Of a stretch of 38,078 nucleotides of DNA, positions 14,046 through 24,339 are shown in pieces. The first letter of the stretch is position 1. Every line of letters begins with the position of its first letter. The stretch comes from Octopus bimaculoides. Taxonomy: Eukaryota. The translations under genes and the position numbers were made by a program. The notes beneath the pieces are model-generated. The model did no database searches. It worked only from the letters and a program-made list of their open reading frames with translations, and was not told the origin of the DNA. The stretch covers positions 129,220,004 to 129,258,081 of the forward strand of contig NC_068983.1 in the NCBI RefSeq assembly GCF_001194135.2. The letters are read 5' to 3'.

Positions 14046-15821
14046 AATTAGGAAGAGTTCATCAATAGACAATCTACTAATCTGTACAACTAACGTTCGA
14101 TTGAACTCACATCCAACTACGCCAAAGCATGTTAATACACTTACAAGACAATTACCAATAATTTTCCTTTTCTTCTGTAAGCATTGTAGATAATATGATA
14201 TCAGTAAATATCTCGTAAAACATATATCATATTAAAATTCAATTCGCAGTGTAGTCTACGCTACTAATATTTATGAAAAATTCATAAAAAGCAAAATGTG
14301 TGATTGTTGTCGTTTCTTTCAAAATATACTGTATTTACACGTTCAAAAAAGTACATACCTATTACTTATTAAAAATTGTGTGCCCAGAGAAATAAAAATA
14401 CTTTAATGTAGGGTACTTTCCGGGATAGAAATGAGGAAAATATCGTATGGAAATTATCACTTATCTTCTATTTCACTACATATGGAAGACAATACTCACC
14501 GCTGAACTGTTTAACACAAAGCTGTTCTGCCATTATATGTATGTAAATGTTACAATATGACATTGTTTCATGTCTCATTTTGCGCTTCCCATCGTGTTTA
14601 AGAAATGAAAATTACACTTGCTGATATCTATCCCTGTGTTTGTTTCACATTATAAACCCCCAAAATGAAAATTTCAGGATTCGTACAAAAAAAAAAAAAA
14701 AAAAAAAAAGTTCAACCAATTGCGAACATCATCCGATTAATTTCTTTGGAATGACAATCAAACAAACCGGTAAACACATTGAAAGACTATCATGGAAAAA
14801 TGTTTATGATTCGAACGTCTGTGATGGGAGATATTTTTCTTGGGTTCGAAGTATATAATTTCAAATATATTGTTTCATAAAAATAAACGTGGGGAAAAAG
14901 TATCTGAAATGAAACTAAGTACATCTACTATAATCTACACCTTAGTGGACATAAGATTAGTGGCGGAGATACTCCACTGAAAGAGAGCTTTTATGAATTC
15001 CATACTCCGTTATGAATACTATGTCTATGGCCTAATCGAAGACGCTAAGGTATTTGTGATTCTTGTAGAACGTATATGTAGTTGTACATCCAAAAGATGG
15101 GATCAACATGCTTGCTAACAAATTGATAAATATCTCAATGACTAATAACTGGACAGCGATACTTTATGCAGATATTAAAAATAATACACCATCAGCAGAG
15201 ATTTCCTGAGATGATATCCACTGTCAAATAGTTATTAATTTGTGGTAGCATATTGGAAGTTTCAAACTTAAAATATGAGATTAGAAATAATTCTGAAGTG
15301 AATGATAGTATTTTCTTGAATAACGGCAGAAATATTCCAGAAACAACACATTATTAGAATATATCATGCTATCTATGAATAACAATTGAATGCTTCTGCA
15401 TATACAGTATAAGCATTCATATATTTAACTCTTAGGATAACATTACAGATGAAAGGTTATACATAATCAAAACGTAAAAGAAAACGTAATTTTCGCGATA
15501 TTAATTATATCGTCTAAGGATATTAGTGGTCTGAATGCAATTTTATTTATCATCACTGTTATTGATTATACACAATTTATATTGATTTATTTCAGTAATT
15601 TACAGATGTATTTATACATGTACGGAGAGTTTGAAGTACAATGTTGGAATATCTATTTCCTTCTTTTGTTGTTGAAATGTTATTTGGAAAATGCAATGAA
15701 ACATATTTACAGTCGTTGGGTTTGAATTAACATTATTGCCCTTATTGAAAACTACCCTATTGTTTATGTGTATTTACGGAGACCACAACAGCATATTGCT
15801 GTTTAATTTGTTAAATTTCGG

Positions 15822-16540
15822 CAGGAAATCTGTGCTGCCCAATGCAACAACTGTCCTAAAAGAAAATCAGAACACACGGCGATGCACACAATCCAAGAAT
15901 ACTGCGATATAACGGGTAATGTAGTATAATTTTGCCTGAAACTATAACAGACATAGCAGACTTGGTATATAAATGCACTGCAGGCAATACCAACACAATG
16001 GGATAACAAAAGAATAAAAGGATATTTTAGGCACACCTAAAATATCTCGGAAAATGACAATGCAATCATATATTGGGATATGCCAATGTACACAGATAGA
16101 GAAATGAAGGCTGATAAACTGGATATAGTTGTCAGAGATGATGAAGAAAAAAAATTCTTGTAATCGATATATCATTTCCAATATATGACAATGTATCACA
16201 AAATAATCGGAAGACCTCTCAAAATACAAAGTCCTGGAAATGGTGATAACCCGAATGTGGAACCTAAAATAAAAACAATCCCTATAATAGGAAGTCTATT
16301 ATTCATTATCAAAAAAGAACATACAGGCAAATTACATATTACCAAAACACCAGGAATTACATATATATATAACAAACCAAAAATAGCACTACTAGGTTTC
16401 GCTAAAAACCTACTGTAATATAGTGAAAATGAGAGCATCACAACAAAACACAGCACATAACCAAGATACACAAAGCTGCCTCCCGTGATTAAAATAAGCC
16501 TACTAAATAATAATAATAGTAATAATAATAATAATAATAA
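15822..16540 (+). mobile_element. R4/Dong-clade non-LTR retrotransposon 3' fragment (zinc-knuckle/RLE region) ending in (TAA)n
   Basis: SENDNAIIYWDMPMYTDREMKADKLDIVVRDDEEKKF / LVIDISFPIYDNV / DLSKYKVLEMVITRMWNLK / KTIPIIGSL...KIALLGFAKNLL, with frameshifts. This matches the R4-clade RLE pattern ILWD..I.TDR.I.ANRPDIV...C.LID...EKL.KY.DL..EI.RMW. An AAQ motif lies near 15834, and a (TAA)n run follows. Confidence 0.9.
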
Positions 16541-16660
16541 NNNNNNNNNNACGTTATAAAAATAAAACTACTGAATAATAATAATAATAACAACAACAAC
16601 AGAACCAACAACAATAATGATAATAAAACAACAACAACAATAATAATATATACTAGTGAG
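16505..16660. repeat. (TAA)n/(CAA)n microsatellite interrupted by 10-N gap
   Basis: Direct reading of the sequence. Confidence 0.95.
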
Positions 16661-17233
16661 AGCCGTGAAAATTCTACAGAACGAAATAATATTAAGAGAA
16701 GCTATTTAACAAAGAAATGATGTTTTGCATTTTTATTTTTATTTTGCTACGTATTTCACTTCCAGATACAATAATATATTACATTTTAAAATTTCCTTCT
16801 ACTAAGCACTGTACCCCTTGAACAATTTGTTTTAATTATGCAATTCTTGTTTTCATGTCTAACATTTCTTTTACCTCTCACTTCCACTCACTTTCTCTAT
16901 CTCTCTATTAGTATAACTGCATCCGCTGCTCATGTCTCTTTCACCTCACCACCAGAACATTAAACTCAGCTAAATATGTTATACTCACTGTCGTCTTCTC
17001 TCGCTCTTCGCTCCTCTCTTCAATTAACCACGTGATGCATTTGGCTTTATTAGATATCTTTCTCTACTTCTTCTTAACTTCTTTCTACTCTACTCACACT
17101 CCTCAATCCTTTTCTCTCTCATACTTTTATTCCACCACTCACTCAATCCACCTCCACCTTTCTATATGCGCGTGCATACACACATGTATAAACTTGTATG
17201 TACTTTATTTAAAAGCAGGAGAAATATTTTTAA

Positions 17234-17279
17234 AAAACCGTAACTCTGAGTTTCACGTTCCCGTTCATCAGACAGTTTT
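17234..17279 (-). ncRNA. Minimal type I hammerhead ribozyme motif (canonical CUGAUGA core, GUU triplet)
   Basis: Minus strand reads AAAACTGT-CTGATGA-ACG(GGAA)CGT-GAA-ACT(CAG)AGT-T/ACGGTTTT. Stem I is 8 bp (AAAACTGT/ACGGTTTT, one G-U). Stem II is 3 bp with a GNRA loop. The GAAA core is present, stem III is short and near-palindromic (ACTCAGAGT), and predicted cleavage is after GUU, between plus positions 17242 and 17241. Folded by eye; activity untested. Confidence 0.8.
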
Positions 17280-17282
17280 GTT

Positions 17283-17322
17283 ACTGTCCGATGAACGGGA
17301 ACGTGAAACTCAGAGTAACGGT
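17283..17322 (+). ncRNA. Minimal type I hammerhead ribozyme motif, variant core CCGAUGA, GUA triplet
   Basis: ACTGT-CCGATGA-ACG(GGAA)CGT-GAA-ACT(CAG)AGT-A/ACGGT. Same architecture as the minus-strand copy, with a 5-bp stem I, C at core position 4, and predicted cleavage after 17317. Confidence 0.7.
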
Positions 17323-18482
17323 TTTTTTTGTTATATTTCTGCTGCTTTTAAATAAACATATTACTCTACCTCTGGTATTTGAGTACTCTTTTTTCCACCT
17401 TGTTGCACATTTCATTTGATTACTCAGGTGTAAACTTGTATATATATATATATATATAAGTTTATATATAAGTTTATATATAAGTTTATACATGTGTGTA
17501 TGCACGCGCATATGAGTGTACTTGAGTGTGCGCGCAAGTGTACCAATGTGTTAGATAGAATAATTGCCAGACCAGGGTTAAAAATATAAGTAGTAGGGTC
17601 CATACATTCCACTAAATGTCTTTAATTCGTTTCCCTTCGTGACTGCCATCTAATGACTGAAGAAATTATTATGTATTATCTAAGCGATTACTTCATCTAT
17701 CAGGTATAGAAATTTGAAAATACTTGTCGTCGCCATGCGTGACTTCGTGAATGTATTGAATTCTTTTTATCATGACTGAACTATGTGGCTATTATGGAGA
17801 CACGTGCTTATGACATACATAAAGTCATAACTAAATAGTCAAAGGAACTATGTCATATAGTGTCTTTCTCAAAAGACTAATACTTACTGCAAGAAACAAT
17901 TTGAAATCAAAAGTCTTGCAATGTAGCTCCCAATGTAGCTCCGAAGCCCCACCAGAACAAAGAAAAATAAAAACAGAAGATTTATATATGTACATACATG
18001 CTACGTCTTATTGTGTCATCAATTCCATGAAGCTCGTTGATTTGCTTGTTGGACTTACCACTGCATATTGTATTGGTAACCTACAAATGTTTTCGTGTTT
18101 ACATGAGGAGTTTCACTGATGTCAGTAAATTAGGTATAGGAAGATGACTTTTACTTTTCAATTTATAATCGCACCAGCAGAGATATTTATTTACAATTTC
18201 TAAGACAATCATAGAATAAATGAATATCCGCTGCCTTAAAACGCTGAACATAATGATATCATAAACACATCTTGTTACAAAATGAAGATAATAAAGGATA
18301 GAAAGCGTTATAATTTGAAATAATAGAGCGTATTCCGCAATAGAAATTGTCGGTTTGAATCCGTAGCTAGTATTAATCTATGGTCCTTTAGTTAATCTTA
18401 TAAACTACAAACGAGATAATCCTTTAACATCTTCTCAATACCACTATTTAACTGATATTTTATATATTCTTCTGTAGTATAT

Positions 18483-18529
<47 letters not shown>

Positions 18530-19182
18530 NNNNNNNNNNNNNNNNNNNNNNNNNNNNNNNNNNNNNNNNNNNNNNNNNNNNNNNNNNNNNNNNNNNNNNN
18601 NNNNNNNNNNNNNNNNNNNNNNNNNNNNNNNNNNNNNNNNNNNNNNNNNNNNNNNNNNNNNNNNNNNNNNNNNNNNNNNNNNNNNNNNNNNNNNNNNNNN
18701 NNNNNNNNNNNNNNNNNNNNNNNNNNNNNNNNNNNNNNNNNNNNNNNNNNNNNNNNNNNNNNNNNNNNNNNNNNNNNNNNNNNNNNNNNNNNNNNNNNNN
18801 NNNNNNNNNNNNNNNNNNNNNNNNNNNNNNNNNNNNNNNNNNNNNNNNNNNNNNNNNNNNNNNNNNNNNNNNNNNNNNNNNNNNNNNNNNNNNNNNNNNN
18901 NNNNNNNNNNNNNNNNNNNNNNNNNNNNNNNNNNNNNNNNNNNNNNNNNNNNNNNNNNNNNNNNNNNNNNNNNNNNNNNNNNNNNNNNNNNNNNNNNNNN
19001 NNNNNNNNNNNNNNNNNNNNNNNNNNNNNNNNNNNNNNNNNNNNNNNNNNNNNNNNNNNNNNNNNNNNNNNNNNNNNNNNNNNNNNNNNNNNNNNNNNNN
19101 NNNNNNNNNNNNNNNNNNNNNATATATATATATATATAAAGTGCACGGTCCGTAAATAATGGCTTCTACCTATTGGACTACT

Positions 19183-20239
19183 GTCGATTTCTAGGAGGTA
19201 ACCTTAAACCTGAATACGGGCAAATACTATCCTTATAGAAAGCCTAATGAAGAAATGGTGTAAGGATTACAAACACTTCAATCCCCAAAAAGTCAAGGTA
19301 AGGAATTCCTGATTGGACAAAATCGCATCTAAGATCGCACGCATCACCAGACTTAAAAACCTACAACCACACAAACCCCGGCCCCTGCCTACAGCCCCCG
19401 AAATCTTACCACCTGCCCTCTAAGTGGATCCAGCTTCTCGAGGGCTGTATAATACATAGTCAGCCTAACACCATCCGATGGAATTATTAGGCACTACACG
19501 GCTACGGCAACCAATGACTTCAAAGGAAAATATTCCCAGCAGTCGCTTTCATTTAAATCCAGGGTGAGAGAGAACTTTATGCCCCGTCACGCCTTCTCTG
19601 GTGATTTGTGAACTCCTGGACGAAACGCCCAGCATTAAGTGGACTATCATCGATAGGGTGCCACCATATTCACACAGCGCTCCATATTGACAGCTGTGCC
19701 TCCGCGAAAAAACTGCATACCATCTACCATTCTGCAGTTTTCATCAACAAGAAATTTGATGTACCGCATTGCTCCAACCAGAGGTAAACACTTCTGGTAA
19801 ATTTCAAGCCACTAGCCACCGGCAACCAGGAAATATTCCCTTAGTACCAGCAACCCCAAGCAACAACTACGTCAAAGCCACTCTTACAAATTAACCCCCA
19901 TGAACATCATCACAAATCACCAATACTGAGCACTGCTCCGTGCCTGTCTACCCGCATACTCTCACGCCTTGAACATTACCCGAGTATAAGCACTCGTGCG
20001 CGCGCAGGTGTTTGAGTGCGCCAAGGCTTCTGCTCACCGTATGCATGCGTAGGGATGTGTGTATGCGGGCCTACATGTGCAAGCGTGCGCGCCCATGTAC
20101 ATGAGCATCCGTGCGTGTGTATGTATAGTCACCTGCACACTCATGTGTGCGTGTGCTCGTGTGCATATGTATGTGGAGATAAAGTTGTGCACGAGTGCGT
20201 GTATCTGTGTGTGTATGTGCGTGATTGTGTCTCTCTCTC

Positions 20240-20271
<32 letters not shown>
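19183..20271 (+). mobile_element. Decayed, internally deleted Penelope-like element (RT C-terminus, Cys linker, GIY-YIG endonuclease, 3' UTR); Naiad-like
   Basis: 19183-19263 reads VDF*EVTLNLNTGKYYPYRKPNEEMV* (PLE RT motif FLDVTLNL..GKY.PYRKPN). Then CPLSGSSFSRAV*YIVSLTPSDGIIRHYTATATNDFKGKYSQQSLSF, then 19622-19708 ETPSIKWTIIDRVPPYSHSAPY*QLCLREK, then INKKFDV...RGKHLLVNF, with frameshifts. The putative UTR runs into (CA)n and a gap. Confidence 0.85.
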
Positions 20272-20493
20272 NNNNNNNNNNNNNNNNNNNNNNNNNNNNN
20301 NNNNNNNNNNNNNNNNNNNNNNNNNNNNNNNNNNNNNNNNNNNNNNNNNNNNNNNNNNNNNNNNNNNNNNNNNNNNNNNNNNNNNNNNNNNNNNNNNNNN
20401 NNNNNNNNNNNNNNNNNNNNNNNNNNNNNNNNNNNNNNNNNNNNNNNNNNNNNNNNNNNNNNNNNNNNNNNNNNNNNNNNNNNNNNNNNNNNN

Positions 20494-20692
20494 CCTGTTT
20501 CTGTTGTGCCTGTAATTCAAAGGGTCAGCCTTGTCACACTGTGTCACACTGAATCTCCCCCGAGAACTACCTTAAGGGTACACATGTCTGTGGAGTGCTC
20601 AGCCCCTTGCACGTTAATTTCACGAGCAGGCTGTTCCGTTGATCGGATCAACTGGAACCCTCGACGTCGTAAGCGACGGAGTGCCAACGACG
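20494..20692 (+). mobile_element. SINE family D 3' half (5' part lost in gap)
   Basis: TGTGCCTGTAATTCAAAGGGTCAGCCTTGTCACACTGTGTCACACTGAATCTCCCCGAGAACTAC...TCAACTGGAACCCTCGACGTCGTAAGCGACGGAGTGCCAAC aligns by eye to 25957-26145 and 26205-26382. Confidence 0.85.
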
Positions 20693-21479
20693 AACGATAT
20701 ATCCCCACATCTACCGACACTTCCTACAACCCCTTCAACCACACGACCGATATTTTGTCCATCCCACCATCGATTTCTTGTTCACCATGCGGTATTTTCC
20801 ATGTAGCCGCTATCGTTGAAATACAGATATAAATATTGCGAGATATTTCGCAACCAATCTTTGAGTAACGTCCAGTAATAAACATTGACCTTCTCAATCG
20901 ACTTTTCATTCAGACTCCACAGGCCGAAAATTAGCCAGGCGCTTGAAAGTCAGAGTACCAAGGAATCAGAGTCGAACTCTTTCGATCTATACATGTAACT
21001 TACAATAAATGTATTGAGTGCTGATCTTTTGTTCGTCTACTTATTCGTATATATGTACAAATATATTTGAAGAACATGAGTGTCTCTAGAACCTGCCCTC
21101 ATAAATTAACTAGTATGCTCGATTAGCCTGCAAATGTGTAATGTCTGTACACTGTAATGACTGCAGAAATGCCCACGTTCATGGTACTCATTCGATCACA
21201 TCTGAAACAGTGCTTGATCTGCTTTGGAATGCTATTAATATTGTGAAGTGCGTACTTTTGAGTGCGTGTGAATTCCTGTAAACTTCTGTCGTGAACCTCT
21301 CGTAGCTAATTTTGAAAAATTCCACGAAACTACATTTATCTACAAAATGATATATTAATCAAACACGCTTAAGTTGTTCCCCATTCAGTATTAATAAGCA
21401 GATCACACAAATATTGTCACTTTTCTTTTGGAACATGTCAAATACGTGGCAACATTGAAGAATATCTGGGATTAAAAGC

Positions 21480-22130
21480 TGTGGCTCAATCTGACATTTC
21501 TTCAGTTCCTCTGTCTTCATCGCTGCAAAGTTTCAGACAAGAGGAGAATACACATCGGTATAGGTGCCATATTCAGTCATTTGAAATTTCCTTCTTTGTT
21601 CAATATGCAGTAGTGCATTTAAGAAAGAAATCAAAGTGGAATTGTTTCAATATGCAATGTATCATACTACTCGGCTCTATTTGATGCAGGGAAAAATTGA
21701 TACGAAGAATGCTTTTACCTAAATCTGGAATAAATCCTCAAACATCTGATATTCCTTCTATCGAGTGAATTCTCAAAATCACCTCCATTTCAGTTGGCTT
21801 TGAATGGTTTAGTCCTATTTTAGCACACATGACCTCAAGTTTATCCAAAAATTCAGTTGTCTGACACATATTTTGATTCACTGAACACGTTGAGATGATA
21901 TCACTCTCAAATCCACCTTAGTTGTGACATTAAGAGAACCTATGACACATCATTTTGAATAGAGAAGCACTGTTTCTGAAGAGTGTTAAGCAAACCACAG
22001 AACGTTTAACTGAACATAATGACACTACTTGAGTCGGCCGTGGAGTATCTCTAAAGATTAATATAACATATCTTCTGAGTCAGAGAAACCTTGTAAAAAC
22101 ATGATGAACCAATATATATCTGTTATAAAG
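21480..22130 (-). mobile_element. Highly decayed RTE-type LINE reverse transcriptase fragment
   Basis: Minus strand has ESDIISTCSVNQNMCQTTEFLDKLEVMCAKIGLNHSKPTEM (the post-YADD 'LL..LE.....IGL..N..KTE' motif). Upstream is a GDT-like remnant; downstream are IETIPL and GTYT remnants (LLYG...LDGTYTR). There are many stops and frameshifts. Confidence 0.55.
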
Positions 22131-22670
22131 CACAAAATTCAAGGAGCGCATTTTTCTCAAATTTCTGTAAAATTTCTGCAAATGTTATATCACGAAAAGG
22201 TTCAGATGTAGTCTTAAGATATCATTATTAACAGCAAAAATTGTTTTTCCACAGTAGAACTCTATTGATTTTGGACCAGCGTATCTCTTATTTTTACATT
22301 GTTTACTCTCTCTATATATCTGTGATTATTCTCAGATCGAAGTCAGGAGGAATTATTCTGCAAATATATCCAGTGATATTTCGCAATATTTGTTTTCATA
22401 ATACAATTGATTCGGAATCGTAGGGAAATAAAACATTGTGGGTTGTGTCTGCGCCTAATAGAATGAAAATAGTTCCGGAAAAGTAACTGAAACTTCAAAG
22501 TTTCTCAATTAGTTGGCTTTGAGTTTGATATCAAGTTAATTTTACGTGAATTAAGAGTTATGTCTACAAATAAATTACTTTTGCGTTTACATTCTTAATA
22601 TAATACTTTCGTATATGAAAACTAATGTTACCAAATACCAGCCTCAGTTATACCAGATATTTCGTAAAGG

Positions 22671-22730
22671 GATGGCTGTGGAGCAAGAAGTTCGCTTCGC
22701 AACCACAAATTTCCGGGTTCAGTCCCGCTG
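22671..22730 (+). mobile_element. tRNA-derived SINE family B, head only
   Basis: A-box-like TGGCTGTGGAGCAAG and B-box-like GGGTTCAGTCCC, in the layout of an abundant octopus SINE head (recognised from memory, not searched). Confidence 0.7.
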
Positions 22731-22743
22731 AAAGTCGTTTTAA

Positions 22744-23075
22744 TCGTTTCAGTCATAAGACTGCGGCCATGCTTGGGCAACGCCTTGAACAGTTTTAGTC
22801 GAATGAATCGACACCAGTACGTATCTTTTGTTAAGACTGGTACTTATTCTATAGGTCCCTTATGCACACCACTTAAGTTACAGTCACGTAAACACACCAA
22901 CGTCGGTTGTCAAGTGGTTGTGAGGGACCAACAGAATCACAAAAAAAACATACACGTAGACAAAACACACACAAAAACACACTGAAAAAAAATCACACAC
23001 AAAACACATGCACATATATGCATATATATACGACGGTCTCCTTTCACCTCACGTCTACCAGTTCTACTCAAAAGG
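22744..23075 (-). mobile_element. SINE family B body and tail, opposite orientation, lacking head
   Basis: CGTTTCAGTCATAAGACTGCGGCCATGCT...TACTTATTCTATAGGT...CGTAAACACACCAACGTCGGTTGTCAAG...(CA-rich)...ATATACGACGG.CT.CTTTCA...CGTCTACCA; recognised as the reverse strand of the family B body. Confidence 0.75.
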
Positions 23076-23228
23076 AGTTTTTTTTTGTTTATTATCATTC
23101 TCAGCTGCAAATAAATCTGCGCTGTTAGTTATATATCTGTTTCATTGTACATTCCAAACGGTTAGAATATATATTAATGGCAGGTATTGCTTCTTCACAT
23201 ATTGTTAAAATATAGATGGCAATAAAAT

Positions 23229-23495
23229 GGCGCATGGTTCAGTGGTTAGAGCAACGGACTCGCAATTATGAGGTAGTGAGTTCGATTTCCGAGCTGGGCT
23301 ATGTGTTGGGATCTGGAGCAACACACTTTATTTGACGTGACTCCAGTTCACTCATCTGTAAAAGGGGTCGCAACATCACCGGTGCCAAGCTGTATCAGCC
23401 GTTGTCTTTATCATGGATAACATCGGTGGCGTGGAGAGGGAAAGCTGGTATTCATGAGTGACTGCTGGTCTTCCATAAACACCCTTGCCCAGACT
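23229..23495 (+). mobile_element. tRNA-derived SINE family C
   Basis: tRNA-like head GGCGCATGGTTCAGTGGTTAGAGC...GAGTTCGATTTCC with A and B boxes. Followed by GGAGCAACACACTTTATTT..CGTGACTCCAGTTCACTCA and a unique 3' body. Confidence 0.85.
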
Positions 23496-24339
23496 CTTTA
23501 TCTTAACCTTTATCTCGATATTTTATAGTGGCTGAGAATCTACTGGAAATAACATATAATTTTATCACATTTGGAAGCATTCATTCATCGAAGTGACCGA
23601 GCACAGCTTAACCAACAAACTGCATAATAACAGTTGTATATGTCACAAATATTAAAGTGGTACTCGTATGTCTGCCTTGTTATAACTAGTTCGTATAGAA
23701 ATATTGTACCCGATATTAGTAATACAGTTTTATTTCAACTAACAAATTATATATATTAGCATGCGGACATTGGTACACCGCATGTGACTATTTTGCATTT
23801 AACGTTCATGCTCCGGCGTTATATGAACCAGCTCCCGAGCAAACAGATAGATGGTAAATCAGCCTGATTAACATGTATATTGGTGTATATTTTTCAACGA
23901 GATAGATACACGACAGTTCCATTTGGAGGACATAGCATTCAAATCTCTCTTATATGCTATACATTCTAATAAAGTCTGTGCTTTTTATATGATTCTCCAC
24001 CAGGCATATACGAATTCCGTAAATTCTAAAGTTAGTACAGATTATGAATTGAGCTTTATCTCAGCAAATTAGAAAGGTGGAAATTATGTTGATGTGTCAC
24101 TTCTATCCTGATGGAGAAAAAAATCGATTCCGTCGTTTTGGTAAAAAATCAAAAAAAATCATTAGTTAATATCCAATACGTAATACAATAACTTTTGCTT
24201 GGATATTCACTTTTGTTAGGAAAAAAAGAAAACATGTCTACTTGAAATGTAAAATTATGTGAGAAATGTGACATCATGATAAGTATCAAAATCCTTTCAG
24301 ATACTTTTTGATACAACGAGTCCATTAGAAACATTTGCT

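Larger units (their letters stand above)
17164..17513. repeat. Nested inverted duplication: ~73-bp arms (17204-17276 / 17283-17356, 6-nt loop) plus outer perfect 32-bp inverted repeat (17164-17195 / 17482-17513)
   Basis: Direct reverse-complement comparison. The inner 45 bp (17232-17276) have 2 mismatches. Outer repeat is ATATGCGCGTGCATACACACATGTATAAACTT. Confidence 0.95.
16791..17620 (+). mobile_element. 3' end of a Penelope-like retroelement: decayed GIY-YIG C-terminus, CT-rich 3' UTR and hammerhead-bearing pLTR with inversion
   Basis: 16791-16880 translates ISFY*ALYPLNNLF*LCNSCFHV*HFFYLS, resembling the PLE endonuclease terminus LNKRxELxxxCxHxxKFLL; the stops lie where GAA/AAA would be one substitution away. 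It is followed by non-coding sequence with minimal hammerheads, which are a known PLE pLTR feature. The right boundary is uncertain. Confidence 0.6.

Noticed and set aside
16650-16700. TATACTAG...GCCGTG as a Helitron 5' end
   Set aside because: Too short, and no matching 3' hairpin-CTRR terminus was found.
19908-19942. ATGA...AAA...TGA spacing resembling a SECIS core downstream of the PLE ORF
   Set aside because: The intervening strands (ACATCATCAC / TCACCAATAC) do not base-pair.
23229-23300. tRNA gene (also heads at 22671 and 25827)
   Set aside because: The cloverleaf is incomplete and followed by SINE body sequence; these are tRNA-derived SINE heads.
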